Below, piece after piece: positions 11,793-22,861 of a DNA stretch of 35,646 bases. How positions within the stretch are numbered: position 1 is the first letter of the stretch; each line of letters begins with the position of its first letter. A program made the position numbers and the translations under genes. The stretch is from Octopus sinensis (Eukaryota), in NCBI RefSeq assembly GCF_006345805.1, contig NW_021826245.1:1-35646 (forward strand). Direction: 5' to 3'. The notes under the pieces were generated by a model. That model was not told the origin of the DNA. It did not search any database and saw only the letters and a program-made list of their open reading frames with translations.

Positions 11793-11849
11793 AAACTTTA
11801 TACTAATGTACAAGTACCAGTACTTCATTTAATCATTTCTGTAGATCTA

Positions 11850-12000
11850 ATGGCTGGGTGGTATGAAACTTGCTTCCCAATTACATGGTTCTGCGTTCAG
11901 TCTCAATGCGTGGCACCATGGGAAAATATTTTCTACTATAGCCCCCAGCCGACCAAAGCCTGTGAATGGATTTGATCGACAGAAACTGAAAGAAGCCCGT
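11850..12000 (+). mobile_element. 5' half of a diverged CORE-type SINE
   Basis: TGGCTGGGTGGTATGAAAC...CTACTATAGCCCCCAGCCGACCAAAGCC...GAAACTGAAAGAAGCC, then microsatellite. Confidence 0.8.
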
Positions 12001-12049
12001 TTGGTGTGTGTGTATATATATATATATTATATATATATATATTATATAT

Positions 12050-12092
<43 letters not shown>

Positions 12093-12171
12093 ATAGGGGA
12101 AGAGTAAAAATAAAAGATAGAAAATGCACATTGGATATAAAAAAAGTAAAGGCTTTTTTTATGAAAAGTAA

Positions 12172-12210
<39 letters not shown>

Positions 12211-12354
12211 TTAGATGAACTGAGGTAGAATTAAGAGTATAAAAGTCAGTATTGTTGAAGACAGAGAGTCATACCGTTATCGTCAAAAGCTGTTCACTGA
12301 CTTTGAATGAGCACCGATTTCCAAACAGCAATGTATAGATATATGTCAATATAT

Positions 12355-12681
12355 TAAAGACTCCGCCGGTTACGACGACGAGGGTCCCAGCTGATACGAT
12401 CAACGGAACAGCTTGCTCGTGAAATTAACGTGCAAATGGCTGAGCATTCCACAAACACGTGTACCCTTAACGTAGTTCTCGGGGATAATCAGCGTGACAC
12501 AGAGAGTGACAAGGCTGACCCTTTGAAATACAAGTACAACTCATTTTTGCCAGCTGAGTGGACTGGAGCAACGTGAAATAAAGTGTCTTGCTCAAGGACA
12601 CAACGCGTCGCCGGGAATCGAACTCACAACCTTACGATCATGAGCCGAATGCCCTAACCACTAAGCCACGCGCCCTCACAT
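12355..12681 (-). mobile_element. tRNA-derived SINE, second family, with 11-bp TSD
   Basis: Minus head GGCGCGTGGCTTAGTGGTTAGGG...GAGTTCGATTCCC (A and B boxes); body TGTCCTTGAGCAAGACACTT; TSD TGTCAATATAT at 12344-12354 and 12682-12692. Confidence 0.88.
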
Positions 12682-12825
12682 TGTCAATATATAGGCAATG
12701 TATGTTGTATATATATATATAATATATATATATGTCGGGTCTAATAGTCTCCGAGTGAAAAGATTACATGCAAGGGAGGTAAGCAGTTCTGGAACTGGTG
12801 TAATTAGGATAGATATACATGTGTC

Positions 12826-13133
12826 GAGGTGCAATGGCCCAGTGGTTAGGGCAGCAGACTCGCGGTCATAGGATCACGGTTTCGATTCCTAGACTAGGCA
12901 TTGTGAGTGTTTATTGAGCGAAAACACCTAAAGCTCCACGAGGCTCCGGCAGGGTGGTGGTGGTGGCAATCCCTGCTGTACTCTTTCGCCGCAACTTTCT
13001 CTCACTCTTTCTTCTGTTGGCCTGCTCGCTTAGCCAGCGGGGTGGCGTCATTTAAAGGTTAAAACAATGCGAAACGCATTGTGACCAGCGATGTGTAGCA
13101 ACATCTGATAGCCTGGTCGGTCACGGTGGTGAT
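12826..13133 (+). mobile_element. tRNA-derived SINE, third family
   Basis: Head GAGGTGCAATGGCCCAGTGGTTAGGGCAGC...GGTTTCGATTCC with A and B boxes, followed by a non-tRNA body. Confidence 0.8.
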
Positions 13134-13324
13134 ACATAACGTAATATGAATGGTGTATGGGATGTATGGAAATCTATGGTATTATTGGTTAAGTTAGTAG
13201 TGTTCTGTATTATGTTGTGCGTTCATGTTGAGTTGCGGATTGATATTTACTAATGGAAGTTGCCTCTTTGCTGTACTGAGGTGTTCTGTGAACATTGATA
13301 GAAAGGGAAAACTAGGTTTAAGGG

Positions 13325-13530
13325 ATATATCTTTGAGTTTGTCCCTAACCACTGCTTGATAACCGGTGTTGGTCTGTTTACATTTTTGTAACTTGGCTGT
13401 TTAGCTAAAAAGGGACCGATAGAATATGTTATAAACTTAGGAAAAAAACATTGGGGTTTCGATTTGTTCGATGAAGCCCTTTGAGGCAGTAAACTGGCAT
13501 GACCACAGTCTAATGATCGATACAAGAAGA
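13325..13530 (+). mobile_element. Degenerate 3' half of a CORE-type SINE
   Basis: GTTTGTCCC..CACTGCTTGATAACCGGTGTTGG..GACCGATAGAATA..GGCATGACCACAGTCTAATGA aligns to the 3' half of 8875-9298. Confidence 0.7.
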
Positions 13531-14217
13531 AGTTAAAAGATAAAAAAATTGTTTAATATAGATTGCGACCATCTCTGATTCGGAAAAATCAACAATCCGG
13601 AATGGCTTTGGAACGACATATTCCGGGAAATTGATGTACTTGTAGTCATTTCCTTAATTAATAATCAATTATGATACATTTACCAGAGGGTAAGAAATTA
13701 ATGATACGAATTGACGCACTCTGCTTCGCTTCCTTATTGAAAGTATTTCAATTGGTATTAATGTCACATCGCCTCTCCAACCTCTACGTTCCACCCTAAA
13801 TTTTCAAGCTTGATAGTTTCCTAAGAAATAACTGTACGGATAATAGCACAATAGCAATAATTCGCCAGACTATAAGTTATGCAACTTAGTTATTTTATGA
13901 TTTTATTTCTTTTTAGCAGTAACACAAAAAAAAAAAAATTAAAAAACCCAAAACATAAAAGCATTTAACAATAGTTGTAATTATTTCAGTTTTGTGTAGA
14001 TGATATACAATGATCCTCTCCCATTTATTTTTTTATAGAGGAGTACAATTGGGTAATTTTGTAGAAGTATATATATATGAGATTGTGAAGGGATATGCAT
14101 AGAAAATTGTATATGTGTATAGACATAGGTAATTGTATAAGAATAAAGGACACAAATATATGTTATGTTGGAGTATGCATATAGTACAATGTAAGAGTAC
14201 ACCCATGTCTAATAATG

Positions 14218-14300
<83 letters not shown>
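14218..14300 (+). repeat. (TCTA)n microsatellite
   Basis: Direct reading. Confidence 0.95.
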
Positions 14301-14304
<4 letters not shown>

Positions 14305-14739
14305 GTCCGTCCGTCTATGTGTATGTGTGTGTGTGTGTACGTACCTCTCTGTCTGTCAGCCTGTTTATCTATCTAAACAGAGAGTTACTTGCAAATAAAT
14401 GTGTTAACATGTGACATTATTGACCGAGGTTACCGTGGTCTTTTCCGTAGGCTTTTCTTTCCACGGATAAACCTTATCTGTTTCCCCCTTTACTCTTTAC
14501 ATCATGACATTTCTGCGATACACGATTCTTATTGATCGTTTTTTCAATTTTTTTTTACGATCCCTTTTGATCGAAAACCTACCCCTCTTTTTTCTTTTCT
14601 TTTCTTTTCTATTTTTTCGCCTCGAAAAGAAAAGCTCTACTTTGTAATTTGTCCCCTTTGTGTTCAGCCCTGTGTGGCTAATAAAGAAACATATCTATCT
14701 ATCTAGTGAAAGTCGATTGAAGCTGTTCGTTATTTTGGG

Positions 14740-14891
14740 GGGCGCAGGTGTGGCTATGCGGTAAGAAGTTTGCTTCTCAACCTCTTGGTTCGGGAGTTCA
14801 ATCCCCACTGCGTGACACTTTGGGTCCAGGCCAACCAAAGCCTCGTGAGTGAATTTGGTGGGCGTAGACGAAAAGAAGTCCAACATACACA

Positions 14892-14940
<49 letters not shown>

Positions 14941-15160
14941 ATAACTATGTGCGTGTCTTCGTGTTTGTGTTCGTTCCCCACAAATCGCTTAGCAACCGGT
15001 GTTGGTTTATTGACTTCCTGTGATTTAGCAGTTCGGCAAAAAGTGATCAATAGTGAAAAAGAAAAAAAAAAAGGCACTAGGGTCAAACTGTTCGACTAAA
15101 CCCTTCGAAGCAGTTACCTTTCATGGCCCAATCCAATGACTGAAAACAGATGAAAGAAAA
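14740..15160 (+). mobile_element. CORE-type SINE, diverged full-length copy with a short core deletion
   Basis: GGCGCAGGTGTGGCTATGCGGTAAG head, CCAAAGCCTCGTGAGTG, internal (AC)n, ATGACTGAAAAC tail. Confidence 0.85.
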
Positions 15161-15259
15161 AAATAATGTATAATTTTGCGAAGGAGAATAGACATAGGCA
15201 ACTTATAGGAATAAAAAATATAGGCAATGTATATATGTATGTATATGTGAGTTCGTGCA

Positions 15260-15430
15260 CGTGTATGTATGTATGTATGTAAGTATGTATGTATGTATGT
15301 ATGTATGTATGTATGTATGTATGTATGTATGTATGTATGTATGTATGTATGTATGTATGTATGTATGTATTTATGTATGTATGTATGCATGCATGTATGT
15401 ATGTATGTATTTATGTATGTATGTATTTAT
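15260..15430 (+). repeat. (ATGT)n microsatellite
   Basis: Direct reading. Confidence 0.95.
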
Positions 15431-15480
15431 GTATATTAATGCACATATATGCATGTACATATATATATACATATATATCT

Positions 15481-15990
15481 TTTATCTTTCAGTCATTAGA
15501 ATGTGGCCATGCTGGAGCACCCCTTTCAAAAATTTTTAGTCGAATGAATCTACCCCAGGACGTATTATTTTTTTCTTTCTTTTGGCTAGTACTTATTCTA
15601 TCGGTCACTTTTGTCGAACCGCTACAAAAGTTACGGGGACATAGACAAACCAACAGTGGTGGTGGACAAACACAGGCACAAAGGCTCACACACATGCACA
15701 CACATACATATATATATACAGACACACACATACACACACACACACACACCACACATATATATATATAGACACGCGCACACACATATATATACAGTCACAC
15801 AGAGACACACGCGCACATATATATACACACACACACGACAGCTTCTTTCAATTTCTGTGTACCAAATTCACTTACGCGGCTTTTGTATGCTCGGGGCAAC
15901 AGTAGAAGACACTTGCCCAAGGTGCCACGCTGTGGGACTGAACCTGGAACCATGTGGTTGGGAAGCAAATTATTTACCACACAGCCACAC
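15481..15990 (-). mobile_element. CORE-type SINE, full length
   Basis: TTTCAGTCATT..GGCCATGCTGGAGCACC...GAAGACACTTGCCCAAGGTGCCACGC...TTTACCACACAGCCAC is the reverse complement of the family. Confidence 0.88.
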
Positions 15991-16514
15991 ACACGCATTA
16001 TCATTGTTGGTGATGATGCGTATACATTTGTGTGAATGTACATATGTATGTATGTATCTATATGTATCTGCCTATCTCTCTCTACACACACACACAAACA
16101 CACATACGACTCGCACATACTCGCTTCTCTATGATAGATTCTTAAAGAGGACGGAGCGGCTTTATAATAGTATAATTCAATGCTTTGGCCAAGTCAGACT
16201 AATTTTTGAGAAATTTCGACAATGTGTTATTCCTAATTTTGTTACACACAAATATCATTAACAAAGCAAATCAAACAGTTTTTTTTCCTTTTTCTTTAAA
16301 CTTTAAAAATAGTTTTTTTTTTTGACATTCCATGCAAGGTTTACTACTTAACGAATTTTTAAAACTTGATAACCTGTGAATAATTGGTATGTGAGTTTAT
16401 ATATATGTGTGTGTGAGTGTGAATACTTACATGCATACACACACACACACAAGCGCGCGCACACACGCACTTACTGGTTCTGCTGCAGAAGATGGTGATG
16501 AAATAACGACGGCG

Positions 16515-16576
16515 AAATATATATGCGCATACACACAATAATATATATATATATTATATATATATATATATTATAT

Positions 16577-16637
<61 letters not shown>

Positions 16638-16667
16638 TATTCATATATAATATATATATATATATAC

Positions 16668-16701
<34 letters not shown>

Positions 16702-16755
16702 GTATATGTATAAATATATATATATATATATATGCATATATATATATATATAGGT

Positions 16756-16789
<34 letters not shown>

Positions 16790-16860
16790 CATATGTATAC
16801 ACACACCACGCATATATATATATATATATATGCCTACATACATATATATGTATACATACA
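16515..16860. repeat. (TA)n-rich tract
   Basis: Direct reading. Confidence 0.95.
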
Positions 16861-17192
16861 TATCGTAAAAGAATCTGTTGTTAACAAAGGAAATCACACG
16901 GTTTGGTGATAGAGTTATCGATCAATTCTGAAAAAAAAGAAGAAGAAAAAAGCGAGGTGTTAGTCGAACATTGGTGTGCCGTTATTATCGTTGGCTTCAG
17001 TCGACTTCAGCCTTCGTGAAGAAATCGAAACTATCTCACATCCAGTAAAATTCTAAAACTCATTCTTCCATTTGCAGCCGACAGTTTCGACATATAGTTC
17101 TGATGTTAGACAAAATCATAATGAGAGCTAATATTTATCACTGTTTTATTTCCACAAAAATAACCTATATTCACACACACACACACCACACA

Positions 17193-17236
<44 letters not shown>

Positions 17237-17326
17237 CAATAAAAATCGCTATCTTACTATGTCATTATACAAATACACACACGTAAATATGTGTGCGGCA
17301 TGTATGTGTGTGCGTCTGTGTTTGTA

Positions 17327-17367
<41 letters not shown>

Positions 17368-18322
17368 CATAACAAAGTTGAGTTGTAAGGTACCGCACGA
17401 GTGGAAATATATACGAAAGAAGATTTGAAAATGCAATTTTAAAAGATGTTTATTTACTTTACCGGTTTCACTCTTTAGAAAAATTATTGTCAAAAGTAAC
17501 ATGTAAAAGTTTGGTTGTGTTAATTATTGGTTGTCACAAAATGCTACAATACATATATACAGTCTTTGGTAACAAGAACATGATAAGGACATAAAAAAGT
17601 TTAACAAGTTCCTTAAAATATTAGGCACAAAAGATTACAACATAAATATACATTCTCAAGAAAGTGTTAAAGATAGTTTCCAGAAGGAATTATTAAAAAG
17701 CTCAGTGGAATATTGGTATTGTATCTGTATATTCATACACGCATAGAATATTGGTTGTCACAAAATACTACAATACATATATACATTATTTGGTAATTGA
17801 CCTGGTCCACCATGTCATCTTAAAAGACTATTTACTATTTCAAGAGACTCTATAGGTGTGTTTGGGTGGGGGTGGGAGGAAGAGTAATGTGGAGCTGAAA
17901 AGAATTTCTTCTTTTTGTCTCTCCTTCACGCATCATGATTTGGGGGATTGGTCTTTAGAGGTCAGACTGGTGCGAGTGTGTGTGTGTCTTTGTGTGTGTG
18001 TGTATATAAATATGTGGTGTGAATAGATATGTCTGTGTGTTTGTAAAATTTGGTAGGATGGTGTGTGCATATGTGTGCCCGTTTGTCAACCGTGTGTGTG
18101 ATTGTCTTGGTGTTGTGTGTGTGTGTGTGTGTGTGTGTATGCATGTGTGTTATTGGCATTTGTCATGGTGCTGTGTGTGTGCATGTCTGTGTATGGAGGT
18201 CAGAATGGTGTAAGTGTGTGTGTCTTTGTGTATACATGTGTTGTGTGTGGGGGGGGGGCTGTTTTTGATTGGTCCCAGGGTCCATTGTGGTTTAAATAGA
18301 TGTGTGTTTTTTTTAAGTGACC

Positions 18323-18324
<2 letters not shown>

Positions 18325-18359
<35 letters not shown>

Positions 18360-18578
18360 CAATAACAACAACAACAACAACAACAACATCAAAGATACCT
18401 TAGGAATGAGAACCCAGGTTCAAAATTTCCCCGAGACACCTGATGAAGGCTGGAGGGTATATCGGCCGAAACGTTGTGTTAACAACAAACAAGATGAGGA
18501 CAAATATCCGTCAAATATAAATAATGTAAATGATGTAAACAATGTACATAATTCCTCATCTCTCGAATATATAACTCT
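18325..18578 (+). mobile_element. Solo Penelope-like terminal repeat (pLTR-like unit) preceded by (AAT)n(AAC)n
   Basis: Homologous to 23040-23205 and to the reverse complement of 21756-21900 (AATACCTTAGGAATGAGAACCCAGGTTC...AAATAATGTAAA..GTACATAATTCCTCATCTC), which adjoin a GIY-YIG ORF. Confidence 0.85.
18435..18480 (+). ncRNA. Minimal type I hammerhead ribozyme motif (PLE-type)
   Basis: GACAC-CTGATGA-A-GGCTGG agggtata TCGGCC-GAAA-CG-T-T-GTGTT: stem I, core CUGAUGA, stem II, GAAA, palindromic ACGU stem III, predicted cleavage after GUU. Confidence 0.75.
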
Positions 18579-19141
18579 ATTATCCTTCGAGTGTTCTACA
18601 AAATCAGATTACATTCCTTCAGTCTTTTTTACTCGTTTTTTTGTTCGCTCGGTAACTATCAGTTATTCGTATTTTTTAAAGTTTAAAAGAATATGTGTGT
18701 GTATGTGAAGTACTCTGAACTTCAAAGTATTCTGGGACCCTAGGGTAAGATGCTTTTCCCTTCATACATTTCGCTCAACTTGACTTTTTTTTTTTTGTCG
18801 TGGGATTTATTTTCCGTTTCTTACCTTACCAAGTATCTTCACCAATCTGCCATTGCTTCTCGTTTTCGTTCTCCTTCTCGTAGCCACAAGACAATGGGAC
18901 ATGGTAGAGCTGCTAGTTGTGTCTAGAATAAGTGGACGCTCGACTTCCATATTGGTTCTTGGACCCGAAGACGAGGTGAAAACTTTCGACGTTTCCTGAG
19001 CTGCGCTTGTGGTAACTTAGAAACATCAACTACCAGGATCTGCTGTTCTAGTTTTTATTTTTCCCTCCTTTCAACTTCTACAGTTCTTCGTTTGTTGTAA
19101 GTTACATTTGCAAATAACGTGAATAGTCCTTTACTTATATT

Positions 19142-19721
19142 CTTTTCTACTCTAGGCACAAGGCCCAAAGTTTTGGGGAGGTGGCCAGTCGATTAGGTCG
19201 ACCCCAGTACGCAGCTGGTACTTAGTTTGTCGACCCTGAAAGGATGAACGGCAAAGTCGACCTCGGCGGAATTTGAACTCAGAACGTAAAGACGGACGAA
19301 ATACCTATTTCTTTACTACCCATAAGGGGCTAAACACAGAGAGGACAAACAAGGACAGACATAGGTATTAAGTCGATTACATCGACCCCAGTGCGTAACT
19401 GGTTCTTATTTAATCGACCCCAAAAGGATGAAAGGCAAAGTCGACCTCGGCGGAATTTGAACTCAGAACGTAACGACAGACGAAATACCTATTTCTTTAC
19501 TACCCACAAGGGGCTAAACACAGAGAGGACAAACAAGGACAGACAAACGGATTAAGTCGATTACATCGGCCCCAGTGCGTAACTGGTTCTTATTTAATCG
19601 ACCCCGAAAGGATGAAAGGCAAAGTCGACCTCGGCGGAATTTGAACTCAGAACGTAACGGCAGACGAAATACGGCTACGCATTTCGCCTGGCGTGCTAAC
19701 GATTCTGCCAGCTCGCCGCCT
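19142..19721 (-). mobile_element. Trimeric tRNA-derived SINE (one head plus three 184-bp-period bodies) with 18-bp TSD
   Basis: AAAGTCGACCTCGGCGGAATTTGAACTCAGAACGTAA at 19253, 19437 and 19621; TSD TAGTCCTTTACTTATATT at 19124-19141 and 19722-19739. Confidence 0.92.
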
Positions 19722-19776
19722 TAGTCCTTTACTTATATTGTTATTGAAAATGTTACTGCAGTTAAGCAAAGCTTGC

Positions 19777-19829
<53 letters not shown>

Positions 19830-19965
19830 GGAGAGAGAGAGAGGGAGAGAGAGAGAGAGAGAGAGGGAGAGTGCGCGCGTGCACGTTGTGTGTGTCTATT
19901 GGTTTTGTGGTAGTTTTTTTTGTGTGAAACGTCTTGCTAATACCAATTTCAACACCACTATTCTC

Positions 19966-20048
19966 CGCAGAAATTAAGTACCAGTTGGGTACTGGGGTCG
20001 ATCTAATCGACTGGTCCCCACCCCCCTTGTGCCTAGAGTAGAAAAGAC
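19966..20048 (+). mobile_element. 3' fragment of the same SINE family
   Basis: AAATTAAGTACCAGTT..ACTGGGGTCGATCTAATCGACT...CCTTGTGCCTAGAGTAGAAAAGA. Confidence 0.8.
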
Positions 20049-20214
20049 TATTTCCAAACTGCATATATTTTGTTACAGAATCTCCTTGTTAGTTCACCAT
20101 TTTTATGTCTATGTAAAAAGAACAAAAAAAAATAATAATTACTCTTTCAAGCAGCTTAAATTTGTTCAGGGCCTTGAAGAATACGCCAGAACAACGGTCA
20201 ATAATAATAATTGT

Positions 20215-20350
20215 TTTTAGATAGGGACAAGGTCGAGAAATTTGGCGGAGAGATTTAGTCAATTAAATTCACTCCAGTACTTCATTGAAGGATGAAAGGC
20301 AAAGTTGACCTCGGCGGGATATGAACTGAGAACATGAAGTGCCAGAATAA
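20215..20350 (-). mobile_element. Degenerate copy of the same SINE family
   Basis: GGATGAAAGGCAAAGTTGACCTCGGCGGGATATGAACTGAGAAC. Confidence 0.7.
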
Positions 20351-20384
20351 ATACCACAAAAACAAATCATTAAGAACGCCACCG

Positions 20385-20612
20385 AACTGTTTCATTACAA
20401 CCACTGTTGAACTGTGTTATTGCAACCATTACTTGGCTGTTTCAATACAGCCAACGTTGAGCCGAGCTTAGCCATTAGAACCACTGATCTGTGTCATTAC
20501 TGCCATGGCTTAGACGCATTATTACAACCACAGAGCAAACCCTGCTGAGATATCATTGCAATCATCATTGATGTGTTTCATTATAACCAATGTACATGTC
20601 CATTACATTATT
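20385..20612 (+). repeat. Old degenerate minisatellite with about 25-bp period
   Basis: Recurrent TGTTTCATTACAACCA-like units, about 8-9 by eye. Confidence 0.55.
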
Positions 20613-21809
20613 GCATAACTTTCGAGCTTTCATATGAATCTTTAAGAATTATTAAACGTTTTATAATTATTTCCTTAAATTTATTTTTTTTATATAAATG
20701 TTTATATAAATGTTTGTTTATATAAATGTTTTTATGTAAATGTTCCAGTTATTTCTCTAATTATTTTATAAGTTTCGAACTTTCTTTTTAAAACTAATTA
20801 AGGACTCATTGGGCAATGCCATCTGATATACACAAAAGACTGTCATAATATATCTTACATCAACAATGAACTAATGTAGAGAAACATGAGATAAATTAGA
20901 TATTACAAATGTTGAGAATCAAGAGAGGGATCCTGCAAAGAGGCACCATGTCCCCTTTACTATTTGCTTTATGCACGATTCTTTTAAGATTGCTACTGAG
21001 AAAAGTAAAATTTGGACATGAGTCAGCTATCTATTATTTATGGATGATCTGAAGCTGTATGGCAAGATCGAAGCTCAAGTTAGTTCTTTAGTGAACACAG
21101 TTCAATTCTTTAGTAAGAACATTAAAATAGAATGTGACCTAAAAATGTGGAATAATACGCGTGATGAAAAGGTAAGTCAACAGAATTGAAGGGAAGTCAT
21201 GAAAAGGATTGATAATATTATATGTACATACCAAGGAATACTGGAAGTGATGGGAGAAAAAATGAAGGAGATCATTACGCAGGAATACTTCCAAAGACCT
21301 AGGTTGGTGCTGCGGTAAAAACTGAATGGAGGAAACCAGTTTTAAGCCATCAATACACGATCGATCTCATTATTGAGGTATGGTTCTTGTATAATCAATT
21401 AAAGGAAAGAGGAGTCACAAAGGCTGGACTGATAAGTTGTGGCTGTATTTAACGAGGTATAAATATGGGCGAGGACTAATTGACTGTGAAAGTTGTATAT
21501 GCTCAGAAGAAAATAACTTAGGGTGATGTATCAAGTGTACAATAAAACCTTTGATGGTGCAGGTGAGAATAATACGTATATAGTCAGGACAGATACTTGC
21601 GTGGAATCAGAGAAATACAAAGAAAAAGAGAGTGAGAAAGACAAAAGAAAATGGATGACGTACGGGTAGTTTGCGAGATAGGTGAGCAGAAATTCAGATG
21701 CTATGGAGGTTGACACTAGTTAAGGCAGAGTGACTTGAAAACTAGAGACAGAACTTTATTTACATTATTTACATTCGACAGATATTTGTCCCCATCTCGT
21801 TTGTTATTA

Positions 21810-21853
21810 ACACAACGCTTCGGCTGATATACCCTCCAGCCTTCTTCAGGTGC
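21810..21853 (-). ncRNA. Hammerhead motif with GAAA>GAAG change, probably impaired
   Basis: Minus strand GCAC-CTGAAGA-A-GGCTG..CAGCC-GAAG-CGTT-GTGT. Confidence 0.6.
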
Positions 21854-22432
21854 TTGAGGAAAATTCGAACATGGGTTCTCATTCCTAAGGTATTTTTCGT
21901 CGTCGTCGTCGTCATTGTCGTCGTCGTTGTTGTTGTTGTTGTTGTTACGAGAGTCAGTGACACTCCTGTGAGACTGGAAGAATGGACTAGCGGACTGGAC
22001 TAATGTTGTTGTTGTCTATACACATATACAATTTTAGTAGCCCGCGCTCTTAACCACTATGCCATATGCCCGTGGGCAATTATGGAGTGAATTTCAGGGC
22101 TTATAAATCTAATATTTTTCTATCCTTCCTTAATACCGGTTCCCATATGCAACTCATATCTGTAGTCGGTCTGCTTAGGAGGTTGTTGTGTCCTAGCATA
22201 TGTGCTGCTTCTTTTAGTTTTCGTATTTTCCAGTGGTGTTCTCTGTCCATTATTTTAACTTCATCCCACAGGGGGAAGTGGTCTACATTCTTCCATATAT
22301 GATCAGCTATACCTGATTTATCAATATCTCCTCGTGTCACAGCTTTGCGATGTTCGTCTACCCTTACTTTGATGTTCGTCTACCTTTATTTGTTGCCACA
22401 ACTACCCCAAAAGTATACTATCCACTCTAATT

Positions 22433-22861
22433 ATGAAGAAGAGAAATGATGAGGCCAATAAACTGTCCACAGTCTGTCTACCCTATGTAAAAGGCCTCCC
22501 CGAAAAGATGCAAAAGATATGCGGCCCATATGAAATCAGGACATTATTCAAAAGCAATACAACACTTCGCAAATATGTCCTTCGAGTAAAACCACCAATA
22601 GAAGAGAATATGACCAAGATCTGCGTGTACTCCATCCAATGCAGCTGTGGTAGGTTATACAAGGGCGAAACATGCCGTCCCCTCAAAATAAGGGGAGACG
22701 AACATTGCAAAGCTGTGACACGAGGAGATATTGATAAATCGGGTATAGCTGATCATGTATGGAAAAATGTAGACCACTTCCCCCTGTGGGATGAAGTTAA
22801 AATAATGGACAGAAAACACCACTGGAAAATACAAAAACTAAAAATGCAGCACATATGCTAG
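22433..22861 (+). pseudogene. GIY-YIG endonuclease domain fragment of a Penelope-like element
   Basis: VYSIQC-x-CG..YKGET.RPL..R..EH motif; no RT domain upstream within the element; frameshifted 3' end. Confidence 0.85.

Noticed and set aside
12605-12681. tRNA-like sequence with A and B boxes (also at 8875, 12826, 19660)
   Set aside because: Each continues into a SINE body with tail or TSD and lacks a complete acceptor stem, so these are SINE heads and not tRNA genes.
17083-17140. Strong-looking acceptor TTCTTCCATTTGCAG followed by a short open frame
   Set aside because: No donor, homology or other exon support.
18985-19030. Minus-strand GAAACGTC possible hammerhead remnant
   Set aside because: No recognisable CUGANGA or stem II and only a 4-bp stem I; indistinguishable from chance.
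19142-19721. Regular direct repeats resembling a CRISPR array
   Set aside because: Whole 184-bp units are homologous with no unique spacers; eukaryotic SINE context; no cas genes.
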